A stretch of 32,000 nt of DNA, taken from an uncultured archaeon (lineage in GTDB: Archaea > Asgardarchaeota > Thorarchaeia > Thorarchaeales > Thorarchaeaceae). The notes beneath the pieces are model-generated. The model saw only the letters and a list, made by a program, of their open reading frames with translations. It was not told the DNA's origin and did not search any database. Positions 1 to 8,877 of the stretch are shown here, piece after piece. The position numbers and the translations under genes were made by a program. The stretch spans positions 30,001 through 62,000 of the forward strand of contig CAZYLT010000008.1 of the NCBI GenBank assembly GCA_964648855.1, in the 5' to 3' direction. Position 1 is the stretch's first letter; each line of letters begins with the position of its first letter.

Positions 1-1597
1 GGGATGCATAGAACTTGAAGAATAGGTTGTAGAATAGTCCTACCTTGAAAGATTCTCCCTCGTGACCAAATGACGCTTGTGCCAAGATCCCTGTTTTTGC
101 TTTCAGCTTCACTCCTAGCTTTATGAAATCCAGGGGAAGGCTAACTCCTATGGCATCCTTGATGTAAGATGCCGGTGATGGCAAGCTAAGAGAGATATCA
201 AGACCAAATCCGACCTTTAGAGTGACATCTTGTTGTGACGCCTCTTTAGTGGCATTATAGTTCATCCCAAGCATAAGCGATAGATAGTTGACCAGATTCA
301 CTTTCATGTTCAAGAGGTCCATTATAGTAGTAACAGTTTTCCCCGTGCCAGGAATGAGGTAATCGAGAAAAGTTGCTAAGGGAATACCGAGCTCAAAGCC
401 GAAGTCAATGGAGAATGAACCCCCCATGAACTTGAATGGATTGCCAGCTATTGAAGGGTTGGCATCAGCAATCTGCTGAATGAAGTTGCCTATACGCAAA
501 GTAGCGCTGAGCTTTGGAGTTAGCTCCAGTGTAACAGAATATCCCGCAGCCTTGAAGACCTCCTTTAGCCCCAGGACCTCTGTCAGATCGAGCGAACCGT
601 CCTCTGCCTGTACAGTGAATACCAAATCAACATATTCTGGCATGTACCAGGGTCCAGTCCCAATACGAGGATCAACACCGAAATCGATGGGAATTTCGAA
701 TGGAAACTCACCTGTGTTCGAGTTTCCAGCACCCATCTTCTTCATCTCAATTGAGCCCTCACCAGTAGAGCCACTATTGATTTTTGATTCGTCGAAACTG
801 ACATGTGTTGAATTTGAGTCGTACCAATCGCCATAATCGAAGCCCGTAACAAGTAGTATCGTCATAAAGACATCAATAATCCAGCCCCATGGCCCGCGAG
901 AATCAGTTTCATCCTGTGTATAGTCAATATAGAAACCATCCAGTGAGTTCTTCGGACTAATTGTCCTTTGAATTATGGTGTTCAAATTGCTCAACAGATA
1001 GAAACTGGTTATGTCAAATAACTGATCAGAAATCTTCTGTCTTTTTGGTTCAGTTGATTTGAAGATCTCATATATTGAGCATAATGCTCCAAGTAGTGCT
1101 ATTTCAGCATCAATTGAACCCTGCAACGTATGAATGCTGTGTTCAGGTAGCATTTTACTAAGAATGCTGGAGTGACAGACTTGGAAGATATTATGCTCAA
1201 CATCAGCATTCTCCATAATTTTGCTCAAAGCCGTCCAAGATAAGACGTCTGAACCGATCTCCATTCCGCGTTGCGTCCCATGAAATACGTAGACATTCAT
1301 CTTGGAACCGCTCAGGCTACGAACAAAGTGTTCTTCTGACCATATTGGGATTCTTTGTGCAGATAAATCAGATTTCGACAACTCTTTGTAGAGCCTGTCC
1401 GCAGTTTTTCTGGAAATCCTGTCCATTGAATTGAAGAGAATCTTGACCAAATATCCATCATGAGAAGAATCAGCTTCAAACGCATCAGAATGTAAATGAA
1501 AACTTGGTTGAACAATTTCAGCTGAACTGACTGCAACAACTAATGGATTGACCAGCAAAGATAGAACTAGAAGTGTAGAATAGACCTTAACTCTCAT
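1..1597 (-). CDS. Large secreted protein (3' end beyond window) with signal peptide, caspase/CHAT-like (clan CD) cysteine protease-like domain and beta-rich C-terminal region
   Basis: Not in the ORF track. Manual translation from ATG 1597 is open for 532 codons to the window edge. It begins MRVKVYSTLLVLSLLVNPLVVAVSSAE (signal-peptide-like) and contains NVYVFHG (H106) and NIFQVCHS (C141). Confidence 0.85.
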   Translation of the reverse strand, partial: MRVKVYSTLLVLSLLVNPLVVAVSSAEIVQPSFHLHSDAFEADSSHDGYLVKILFNSMDRISRKTADRLYKELSKSDLSAQRIPIWSEEHFVRSLSGSKMNVYVFHGTQRGMEIGSDVLSWTALSKIMENADVEHNIFQVCHSSILSKMLPEHSIHTLQGSIDAEIALLGALCSIYEIFKSTEPKRQKISDQLFDITSFYLLSNLNTIIQRTISPKNSLDGFYIDYTQDETDSRGPWGWIIDVFMTILLVTGFDYGDWYDSNSTHVSFDESKINSGSTGEGSIEMKKMGAGNSNTGEFPFEIPIDFGVDPRIGTGPWYMPEYVDLVFTVQAEDGSLDLTEVLGLKEVFKAAGYSVTLELTPKLSATLRIGNFIQQIADANPSIAGNPFKFMGGSFSIDFGFELGIPLATFLDYLIPGTGKTVTTIMDLLNMKVNLVNYLSLMLGMNYNATKEASQQDVTLKVGFGLDISLSLPSPASYIKDAIGVSLPLDFIKLGVKLKAKTGILAQASFGHEGESFKVGLFYNLFFKFYAS

Positions 1598-1897
1598 GGT
1601 GTGACGCGTCCCTTTGGGTAATCTGAGTTATTTGGCGCTATTTATGTTCTACGTAAGATGGTTCTGACTAGTATTTTGATGTGGCGCTTGGATTGCATCG
1701 ATATCGGAAGATGCATCTAGGAGATACATTATCTTGAGCATGGCTATTTGTTTCACTTAGCTCGACTCCTTTCAACTAGGCACAATCAATATGGTCCACG
1801 TATCACCTAGTTTGCCAACTATAAGAATTAGAAGTCATTCTTAATAGTGGGTTTGACGCTCTGATTTTAGAAGGCACAAGACTTGGAGGAATGAGAT

Positions 1898-3235
1898 TTG
1901 CTTAATCAACTGCAAAAAATGTATTTTGGAATGGCGAGATTGGGTCCAAGCATCATGCTCGATATGCTGGACCTTGCGAGTGCACTATTCTACTTCTCGA
2001 TTCAGCAATTGCCTGCAATCTACACAGGCATTTCAATAGCAATGAGTTATGTGGCTATTATGATTTCAGAAGTAACGTTTGGTAATCTCAGCGATAGAAT
2101 GCCTGCCAATAGATTTGGCAGAAGAAAACCATTCATCATTGTTGGAGCTGTATTTATGGCAGCCTCATTTCTATTCGTGTTCACTCCTCATCTCTTCATT
2201 GCGCAAGGTGATGTTATTGCATTATTCATTTACTCGCTTGTGACAATGAGTCTGTTCAAGATATCATACGGTATGACCATGACTCCATTCCAGTCTTGGA
2301 TGCCGGAACTAACAGAACCAGAAGAACGCCCATCAGTTTCATCTTGGCAAAATGTTGCCAATTTCATGGGTTTTGTAGCTGGAATTCTTGGAACTACGCT
2401 CTTAGCTACGCGTCCTGAAACATGGGAGCTACCCACCGAGGTCCTCATCATGATACTAGTTTTCGTTGGCATTCAGCTAGGAGGATTCATTGCGCCCTTA
2501 GCGCGATTACACGAGGGCGAGAAGTTCATTGCAAATCCGAATATTGTCAAGGATTTGAAGCATGCGCTCAAGAATCCTGATTTTGTAGGGTGGATGGCTG
2601 CTCAGGGACTTCTATCAATTGGATTTGCCATGATAATCAAGACTGCCTTTCCGTACATCGACGATTTTCTCTTATTCTCCGATACTGAGTTCATTATCTT
2701 CGGCGTGGAGCTGCTAATTGTTGTCTTCATTTTCTTCGTGATTTGGAGATGGATGATTAGGAACAGAGGCAAAAGAATCACTCTCCAGACTGCCATGATG
2801 GTGACAGTATTATCACTGCCCTTTACTTTGTTCATTACCAGTTCGATTCAGGGTTTTGTAATGATAGCCTTAGTGGGCGCGGGAGTTGCGGGATATTATC
2901 TATTTCCTTACATAATATATGCCGACTTTGCACAAAAGGATGAGTTGGAAACAGGAGAAGGTCATGCAGGGTTATATACAAGCATCCCATCTATTCCCCT
3001 CAATTTATCGCAGGCATTATCTGCGGTCATCTGGGGCATTGTCTTTAGCCTACCGGAAACACTGCCAGTGCCATCAGAACCTGGCACATTCCTGACATTG
3101 GGCTATATCTACTGGGGGCCAATTGCTTCAATTTTCATCTTCCTTGCAGTTCTAGTGCTATTCAAGGTTGACTTGGATCCAGACTTTGAGGTACTTGAAG
3201 AGCAAGCCGTCGCTCCGAAAAGACCCATTCACTAA
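1898..3235 (+). CDS. MFS transporter, glycoside-pentoside-hexuronide (MFS_2/MelB-like) family
   Basis: About 12 hydrophobic segments, GNLSDR..NRFGRRKPF loop motif, MPELT..EER motif. TTG start with GGAGG upstream. Confidence 0.9.
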   Translation: MLNQLQKMYFGMARLGPSIMLDMLDLASALFYFSIQQLPAIYTGISIAMSYVAIMISEVTFGNLSDRMPANRFGRRKPFIIVGAVFMAASFLFVFTPHLFIAQGDVIALFIYSLVTMSLFKISYGMTMTPFQSWMPELTEPEERPSVSSWQNVANFMGFVAGILGTTLLATRPETWELPTEVLIMILVFVGIQLGGFIAPLARLHEGEKFIANPNIVKDLKHALKNPDFVGWMAAQGLLSIGFAMIIKTAFPYIDDFLLFSDTEFIIFGVELLIVVFIFFVIWRWMIRNRGKRITLQTAMMVTVLSLPFTLFITSSIQGFVMIALVGAGVAGYYLFPYIIYADFAQKDELETGEGHAGLYTSIPSIPLNLSQALSAVIWGIVFSLPETLPVPSEPGTFLTLGYIYWGPIASIFIFLAVLVLFKVDLDPDFEVLEEQAVAPKRPIH

Positions 3236-3247
3236 ATCTACAACTAA

Positions 3248-3279
3248 AGCATAAATGGGGGGTAAGACCCCCAGATGCT
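3248..3279. terminator. Hairpin between convergent MFS and BON genes, possibly a bidirectional terminator
   Basis: agcat-aaa-tggggg / ccccca-g-atgct stem within a 48-nt convergent gap. Confidence 0.5.
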
Positions 3280-3283
3280 ATTC

Positions 3284-3943
3284 CTATATGGTTTCTATTT
3301 TGATGTCGCTTTTTACGCCTTTCACACCAGCAGTTCTCTTCGCAATATTCACAGCAGAACTATATGATACCCATCCAGGAACCTCACCACGTAGAGTTGC
3401 TATTCCGTCTCTTACTTCGACATCAATGTCTTCCGCTATAGTAGTCGTGGCTCGTCTTAGTGCCTCCACGATATTCTCAGCTATTTCTTCATCAACAACA
3501 TCATCGGTTGGTACGATTGCAATATTATTTGTAACATCCATAACTCCGCCAATACCGGATGCGATTTGTTCAACTCTCTCCTTTTTCCAATATGAGTCAA
3601 CATCCCCCTCTAGGGTAACATGTCCATTCTGGATGATGATCTCAAGGTCTGTCTTGTCAATGGTCACATTCTTTTCTAGATTATCTTGAATGTAAGCCTG
3701 AATTTCCACATCTTTGGGTGGAGTATATCCCTCGGGAAACTTCACAGTTAGTTTATTTTCGACTTGATGAACTCCGTGTACTGCAAAGGTGCTAATTTCA
3801 GCGGCTTTCCTTGCATCATAATCGGGAACAGTTCCCTTTAGGGTAACTTTGTTATCCTTTACTTCTACGTCAATCTTTGATTCATCTATTCTGTTATCCC
3901 ATTCCAACTGCTCGATTACCTTGCTCGCAATATTCTTCGCCAT
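3284..3943 (-). CDS. Triple BON-domain protein (OsmY-like)
   Basis: Three repeats of about 65 aa: IDVEVKDNKVTLKGTV...GVHQVENKL, IIQNGHVTLEGDV...GVMDVTNNI, IDVEVRDGIATLRGEV...GVKGVKSDI. Confidence 0.92.
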   Translation of the reverse strand: MAKNIASKVIEQLEWDNRIDESKIDVEVKDNKVTLKGTVPDYDARKAAEISTFAVHGVHQVENKLTVKFPEGYTPPKDVEIQAYIQDNLEKNVTIDKTDLEIIIQNGHVTLEGDVDSYWKKERVEQIASGIGGVMDVTNNIAIVPTDDVVDEEIAENIVEALRRATTTIAEDIDVEVRDGIATLRGEVPGWVSYSSAVNIAKRTAGVKGVKSDIKIETI

Positions 3944-4120
3944 ATCACTTTCACATCTCTTTTCTTCTCTATCTCACCTTTAACATAGTTAAAATAGGCT
4001 TATAATTCTTTATTTACCATAAAAAAGGTTTCATTGCGCTTATCTTCGAATTATAAGGCATCAAAGCTCTTTTGTAAGCTTTCAGAAACACAACCGCTGA
4101 CATGATTCCTGATAGGAAAC

Positions 4121-4591
4121 CTATGGGGGGAATATTATCTTGTTGAGCTCACCCTCTACGATTGCCTTGTCCTTCTCATCCGCAATGTCTTTGATGGCAT
4201 CTTTAGTTAGTTTGTTGTATTTCTCATACTTCTCTTCATTGCCAGCTATCGCATATGCGCGTGTGATTGCCTCGTAAGCGAAAGCAAGGTCCCAATCACC
4301 TATACCTGTTTCCTTAGTGATTTCAAGACAACGTTCGGCGTGATGTAGTGCTAGTTCAGGTCTCTTCATTGCACTGTATACCCGCGAAACCATATAATCT
4401 GCCCGTGCTAGATTGATGGGCTCCCCAATGACTCCCCAGTGATATTTGGAAGTATACGCCATCTGCAGAGCATTATCCAGCTCTTCCCGCTCAATATCCT
4501 TTTTATCAAGTATCGGCCAGATTGCATTATTTGTTTCAATTGCGATTTTCTTATGAAACTCAGTAGCAGCCATCTTTTCCTCATTTGTCAT
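4121..4591 (-). CDS. Conserved hypothetical all-alpha (TPR-like) protein, 156 aa
   Basis: The real start is probably ATG 4591 (MTNEEK). The track's extension to 5086 overlaps the nucleotidase antisense. Helical motifs SKYHW, SRVYS, DWDLAFAYEAITRAY. Confidence 0.75.
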   Translation of the reverse strand: MTNEEKMAATEFHKKIAIETNNAIWPILDKKDIEREELDNALQMAYTSKYHWGVIGEPINLARADYMVSRVYSAMKRPELALHHAERCLEITKETGIGDWDLAFAYEAITRAYAIAGNEEKYEKYNKLTKDAIKDIADEKDKAIVEGELNKIIFPP

Positions 4592-4771
4592 GGTAATAAC
4601 CACCCTTGTACCCATACACCGGTCTATTTCACTGTTAGCTCGAGCCCCCTTTACATGCTTGTGGGAACAATCGCTGGCGTAAACGGCGATACCAGTGCCG
4701 GAAACATAGATGATTGAAACCTCAATCATTATAGCGAAGTTCCGTCTTGTTACTCTCAGATGTGTATTCTG

Positions 4772-6220
4772 ATGAATAGCGCAGGCGAATTGACACTGCT
4801 TCAAATGAATGACAGTCACGCATACATTGAACCCCATTCTGAGTTTTTCTTTGAGGGAGGAGAAATGGTAATTCGAGAAGCAGGAGGTTATGCTCGAATT
4901 GCAAATCTCGTTAATAACATTAGAGAAGAGAAATCGGGAAATGTGTTGTTTCTTGATAACGGCGACACAATACATGGAACTTATCCAGCTGTACAAACTG
5001 AGGGAGAGGCGCTTATCCCCATTTTGAATGAAATGAAGGTTGATGCTATGACTATGCATTGGGAGTTTGGATATGGTCCTGATCAATTAAGGAAAATAGC
5101 AAAGTCTCTCAAGTTTCCGCTGATTGCCTGCAATGTGTATGATAAGGATACTAAAAACCTGAGTTATTCCCCGTATCATGTTTTTGAACTAAAAAATATG
5201 AAAGTCGGGATAATTGGAGTCGCTAACCGAATCGTTGACATTACTATGCCTGAATCCTTCAGTGAGGGAGTTGACCTTACAACAGGACTTGAGGAGCTTC
5301 CTGTCCATATTCAGAATCTGAAGTCGGAGGAACGAGTAGACCTAGTCGTGATTTTATCGCATCTGGGATTTCCTCACGCCAATTATATTGCAGAAAATAT
5401 TGATGATATTGATATCATTCTAAGCGGCCATACTCATAATAGAATCCAAAGGCCTGTTGTTGTGAATGATACCATCCTCATACAATCTGGATATCAAGGT
5501 AGCTATATTGGTCGCTTAGACGTGACAGTTGAAAATGGGAAGATTCGGGATTTTTCACATGAGCTTATTGAAATCAATGACACGATAGCTGAGGACCCAA
5601 TTGTCAAAGAAGAAGTGGACAAAGTTATGGCTCCTCATAGGGACTTGCTTGGTGAGGTCGTTGGCGAAACAAATACTACCCTGGCAAGAAATGGGGTTCT
5701 GGAAAGCACAATGGACAACTTTCTACTTCAAGGACTCATCCATTCAAGTGGGGCTGAATTGGCATTTTCGAATGGTTGGCGGTACGGTGCTCCTGTGCGA
5801 AGGGGCTTTGTGAAGCTGGAAGATTTATGGAATATCATTCCAACCAATCCTCCTTTGTCTATCAGTACCATTACTGGCGAAGAGCTCTTTCAGATGATGG
5901 AAGAAAATCTTGAAGCGACTTTCTCTCATGAACCCTTTGGTCAGATGGGTGGATATGTAAAGAGATGCCTGGGTCTCAATATTTACTTCAAAATAGAGAA
6001 TCCTAAGGGGCGCAGAATCGAGGACTTCTATGTAGGTGGAAAGAAACTAGAACGCTCCAAGAAGTATAAGGCTTGTTTTGTTACAAGACAGGGAATTCCT
6101 GAGAAGTATGGAACTGACAGAACACACCTAGATATATCTGCGATTGAAGCTCTTCGAAAGTACGTTAGTGGTAGTGACCGAATAACAGCAGATTTGCGAG
6201 GGTCTATTGTAGCAATCTAA
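4772..6220 (+). CDS. Calcineurin-like metallophosphoesterase / 5'-nucleotidase family, SoxB-like subgroup
   Basis: Metal motifs NDSH, DNGD, MHWEF, SHLG and SGHTH. C-terminal 5'-nucleotidase domain (FSNGWRYG, EPFGQMGGYVKR). Alternative start at 4760. No signal peptide. Confidence 0.88.
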   Translation: MNSAGELTLLQMNDSHAYIEPHSEFFFEGGEMVIREAGGYARIANLVNNIREEKSGNVLFLDNGDTIHGTYPAVQTEGEALIPILNEMKVDAMTMHWEFGYGPDQLRKIAKSLKFPLIACNVYDKDTKNLSYSPYHVFELKNMKVGIIGVANRIVDITMPESFSEGVDLTTGLEELPVHIQNLKSEERVDLVVILSHLGFPHANYIAENIDDIDIILSGHTHNRIQRPVVVNDTILIQSGYQGSYIGRLDVTVENGKIRDFSHELIEINDTIAEDPIVKEEVDKVMAPHRDLLGEVVGETNTTLARNGVLESTMDNFLLQGLIHSSGAELAFSNGWRYGAPVRRGFVKLEDLWNIIPTNPPLSISTITGEELFQMMEENLEATFSHEPFGQMGGYVKRCLGLNIYFKIENPKGRRIEDFYVGGKKLERSKKYKACFVTRQGIPEKYGTDRTHLDISAIEALRKYVSGSDRITADLRGSIVAI

Positions 6221-6297
6221 TTCATTATCTACTGCTGATTCATATAGAACCAACTCTGCATGTTACGGCGGGTGAAACTCAATTTTAGGATACACAT

Positions 6298-7260
6298 CTA
6301 TGGACCCGGCGGCATTTCGCATGGTTCCTCTGTTTCGGGGAGTGGGACTATGTCCTTTCGTGCCAGCCAGATACGAATGATAGCAATAGGAATTATGATT
6401 CCGAGCCATACTATGATATCACCAATGGTGGCAACCGTGAAGCTCTGATCCTGAGGATCAAGCCACATCTGGCCAAGATTCATCATCTTGACAAGGGGAA
6501 ATACCAATACTAATCCAAAAGCTTGTTTCAATTGAGCTGCGTCAATTCTGCAGGCAACTCTGGGTCCTATTTGAGCTCCGACGATCATGCCAATTCCCAA
6601 GGCAATACCATAAAATGGGTCAACATGCCCACCGATGAAATTTCTTGCAGTTCCCGCTGATGCAGTGAAAATCATTGTGAACATTGAGGTGGCAACTGCC
6701 GCATGTATTGGCAGCCCCATGAGAATTGTCAGCACGGGTACAACAACTGCCCCTCCACCAATACCCAACATACCTGCAGCTATCCCTCCGATAAATCCTC
6801 CTCCAAGCGAAAGGGCGAGCCGGTTCTTTGAAATGTCGGAGAAATCGAAAGACGCCAGCTCTTCCTTTGTTCCTCCTCTTTTTCTAGCGAATAGCATCTT
6901 TAATGCTACAGGAAACAATGAAATTCCGAAAATCAGCCGCAAGACATAATCACTTGTAATCAACTCTCTTAGTGCGACTCCAACCAGAGACCCTGGTATC
7001 GTTGTGATTGCTAGAAACAAGCCCGCTTTGAAAATAGTTGGACGCGGTTTCTGTCTGTAGTATGCAATACTACTAGCCATTGCTACAAATAGGGCGGCTA
7101 CTAACGCGGTGGCAGGCGCCTTCTGAGCATCCAGTAAGAATATTATGATCAATAATGGTGTATTGATGATACCTCCTCCTATTCCCACCATGGAAGAAAT
7201 GGCACCAACACCAACTGCAAACACGGCTATCAATAGAATTTCAAAGAAGATTTCCTGCAC
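6298..7260 (-). CDS. Sulfite exporter TauE/SafE (TSUP) family membrane protein
   Basis: Duplicated SMVGIGGGIINTP / GMLGIGGGAVVVP motifs and AVATS. About 9 TM segments. GTG start. Confidence 0.92.
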   Translation of the reverse strand: MQEIFFEILLIAVFAVGVGAISSMVGIGGGIINTPLLIIIFLLDAQKAPATALVAALFVAMASSIAYYRQKPRPTIFKAGLFLAITTIPGSLVGVALRELITSDYVLRLIFGISLFPVALKMLFARKRGGTKEELASFDFSDISKNRLALSLGGGFIGGIAAGMLGIGGGAVVVPVLTILMGLPIHAAVATSMFTMIFTASAGTARNFIGGHVDPFYGIALGIGMIVGAQIGPRVACRIDAAQLKQAFGLVLVFPLVKMMNLGQMWLDPQDQSFTVATIGDIIVWLGIIIPIAIIRIWLARKDIVPLPETEEPCEMPPGP

Positions 7261-7340
7261 TATGAATTCCGTCCTACTTTGAAGCGGCTAAGACCCCTAC
7301 TTAAGAATCTCCATTTTAACATGAACCTAGACTCCTGTTC

Positions 7341-7772
7341 CTAGGGTGCTGGACGTCTTCCAATTTGATAGCACCCGCCCATCATTATTATAAGGCCCAT
7401 AAGGAGGAGGGCTGTCGCGAAATTCTCTTGAACAAGATCGCCACCCGCCTGAAAAAGTAGAATAATTGCTGCTGCCACTACTACTAGACCCGCAAGTGCC
7501 ACAATTCTACCCGGTCTCGTATCATATTCCAAAAACACTGGTTGTTTCTCCTCTTTGTGTATCGCGGGTTTTTCGGAGGGTTTCACATCTCTCCTGAAGT
7601 AACGTCTACCATCTGGAGTGAGATATCCACTGAGTCTGTTTTCTTCGGTCAGCTCAATGAGTTTCTCTTGGACTTGCTCTTCTGGAATGCCAAGCGAACC
7701 TGCCATCAGCTCTACTGAGCTTATGTCCTGATCCTTTACCATGCGAACAAGTTCGTCCTTGGTGTCAGTCAT
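7341..7772 (-). CDS. Winged-helix (PCI/DDRGK-like) domain protein with two C-terminal TM helices
   Basis: N-terminal ISSVELMAGSLGIPEEQVQEKLIELTEENRLSGYLTPDGRRYF fits an HTH + wing pattern, followed by two hydrophobic helices. Confidence 0.7.
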   Translation of the reverse strand: MTDTKDELVRMVKDQDISSVELMAGSLGIPEEQVQEKLIELTEENRLSGYLTPDGRRYFRRDVKPSEKPAIHKEEKQPVFLEYDTRPGRIVALAGLVVVAAAIILLFQAGGDLVQENFATALLLMGLIIMMGGCYQIGRRPAP

Positions 7773-7973
7773 TTCTCAATCATGTTGAATTCAATTATCA
7801 TCGACATAAATGTAGCGAAAGCAACACCAATTTTGACTACTCTCTAGCCCAAACCTATACTGCGCAGGTAACGTCATGAGTCTCCATGCAACTCACACTT
7901 ATCGACTGAGTCTTCATGATTGGCGACTATGCTGTTTCATTTCTGTTCATTCCTGATTTTCGTATTCCTCTAT

Positions 7974-8013
7974 AGAAGCAATAGAATAGGGAATTCCCTG
8001 TTCTATGCGTTCT
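7974..8013. repeat. Long near-perfect palindrome in divergent intergenic region
   Basis: Core 7981-8006 atagaatagggaattccctgttctat is self-complementary except for one T:G pair. It extends with bulges to agaagc.../...gcgttct. Confidence 0.75.
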
Positions 8014-8196
8014 GGGTTGGCTGTTTGCTTTGGCTTAGAAATCGATTTTCTGAATAACTGCCTATCGAGTTAGCTCTGGTGATGGAGGTCTACCAGTTCT
8101 GTTTACTTCAACAATAATAGCACAAGAAAGAAATGCGTGTACTACGAAAACAAGAGTACCAGATTCTACAATGAAAAACTGGGGGAATGAAGAAAT

Positions 8197-8856
8197 ATGA
8201 CTAATCGTGATAAGGTGAGAGTTCCTGCACCTGAGGGTTGGATGAATGCATGGGGCAAGATATACAGAGAAATGCTCGACCAGTCCGACGAAGATCTATC
8301 GGTACTAGATGTCCCTCGTCCCATTCGACGATTGAAGCATGCTCTTTACTTGCGTGAGATTGAACCCGACGGTCTCAATGCTGTTGATTTTGGTTGTGGT
8401 GATGGAAAAGCTGCGTGCTATTTGGCACGACTTGGATGCAATGTAGTCGGAATCGATGCCTTACCGGAAGCCATCCAAGTAGCCCGCAGGAGAGCAAAGA
8501 TTGTGGGTGTTGAGAATCGGACTAGATTTGAGGTGGCAAACATTGGCGAATACGAGGTACCCCCGGAGTCATATGATATTGTTTCAGCAATTCAGACGTT
8601 ACAATATTTATTTGACGGCACCATATCCAAGCTGCACGAATTGTTGAGGGCCGTCAAACCTGGAGGCTTCTTTGCGTATGCTGGCAATATTCCGCCTCAT
8701 TTTGAAACTGACCCCCCAATTCGATTCATTACTCGGGATGAACTGGAAGAGGAATTGGAAGGATGGACGCTCCATCTCATAGGCTCGGATGTGAATCTGC
8801 TAAAACAAAATGATCTTCGAGGATTCATTTGGGTGGTAGCAGAGAAGCAGAATTAG
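8197..8856 (+). CDS. Class I SAM-dependent methyltransferase (TehB/Methyltransf_11-like)
   Basis: AVDFGCGDG motif I, VVGID, YDIV and VKPGG. Confidence 0.9.
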   Translation: MTNRDKVRVPAPEGWMNAWGKIYREMLDQSDEDLSVLDVPRPIRRLKHALYLREIEPDGLNAVDFGCGDGKAACYLARLGCNVVGIDALPEAIQVARRRAKIVGVENRTRFEVANIGEYEVPPESYDIVSAIQTLQYLFDGTISKLHELLRAVKPGGFFAYAGNIPPHFETDPPIRFITRDELEEELEGWTLHLIGSDVNLLKQNDLRGFIWVVAEKQN

Positions 8857-8877
8857 TCGATTTGTTCTTTTGCTGTG

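Noticed and set aside
480-1539. Track ORFs 480..836 (+) and 1312..1539 (-)
   Set aside because: They are antisense or off-frame shadows of the long minus-strand CDS 1..1597.
4592-5086. N-terminal extension of the 321-aa ORF 4121..5086
   Set aside because: It overlaps the nucleotidase gene antisense and is not protein-like. The real start is probably 4591.
7874-7919. SECIS-like ATGA...AA...TGA segment bounded by TCATGA repeats
   Set aside because: The stem above the putative quartet does not pair, and no neighbouring gene has an in-frame TGA at a Cys position.
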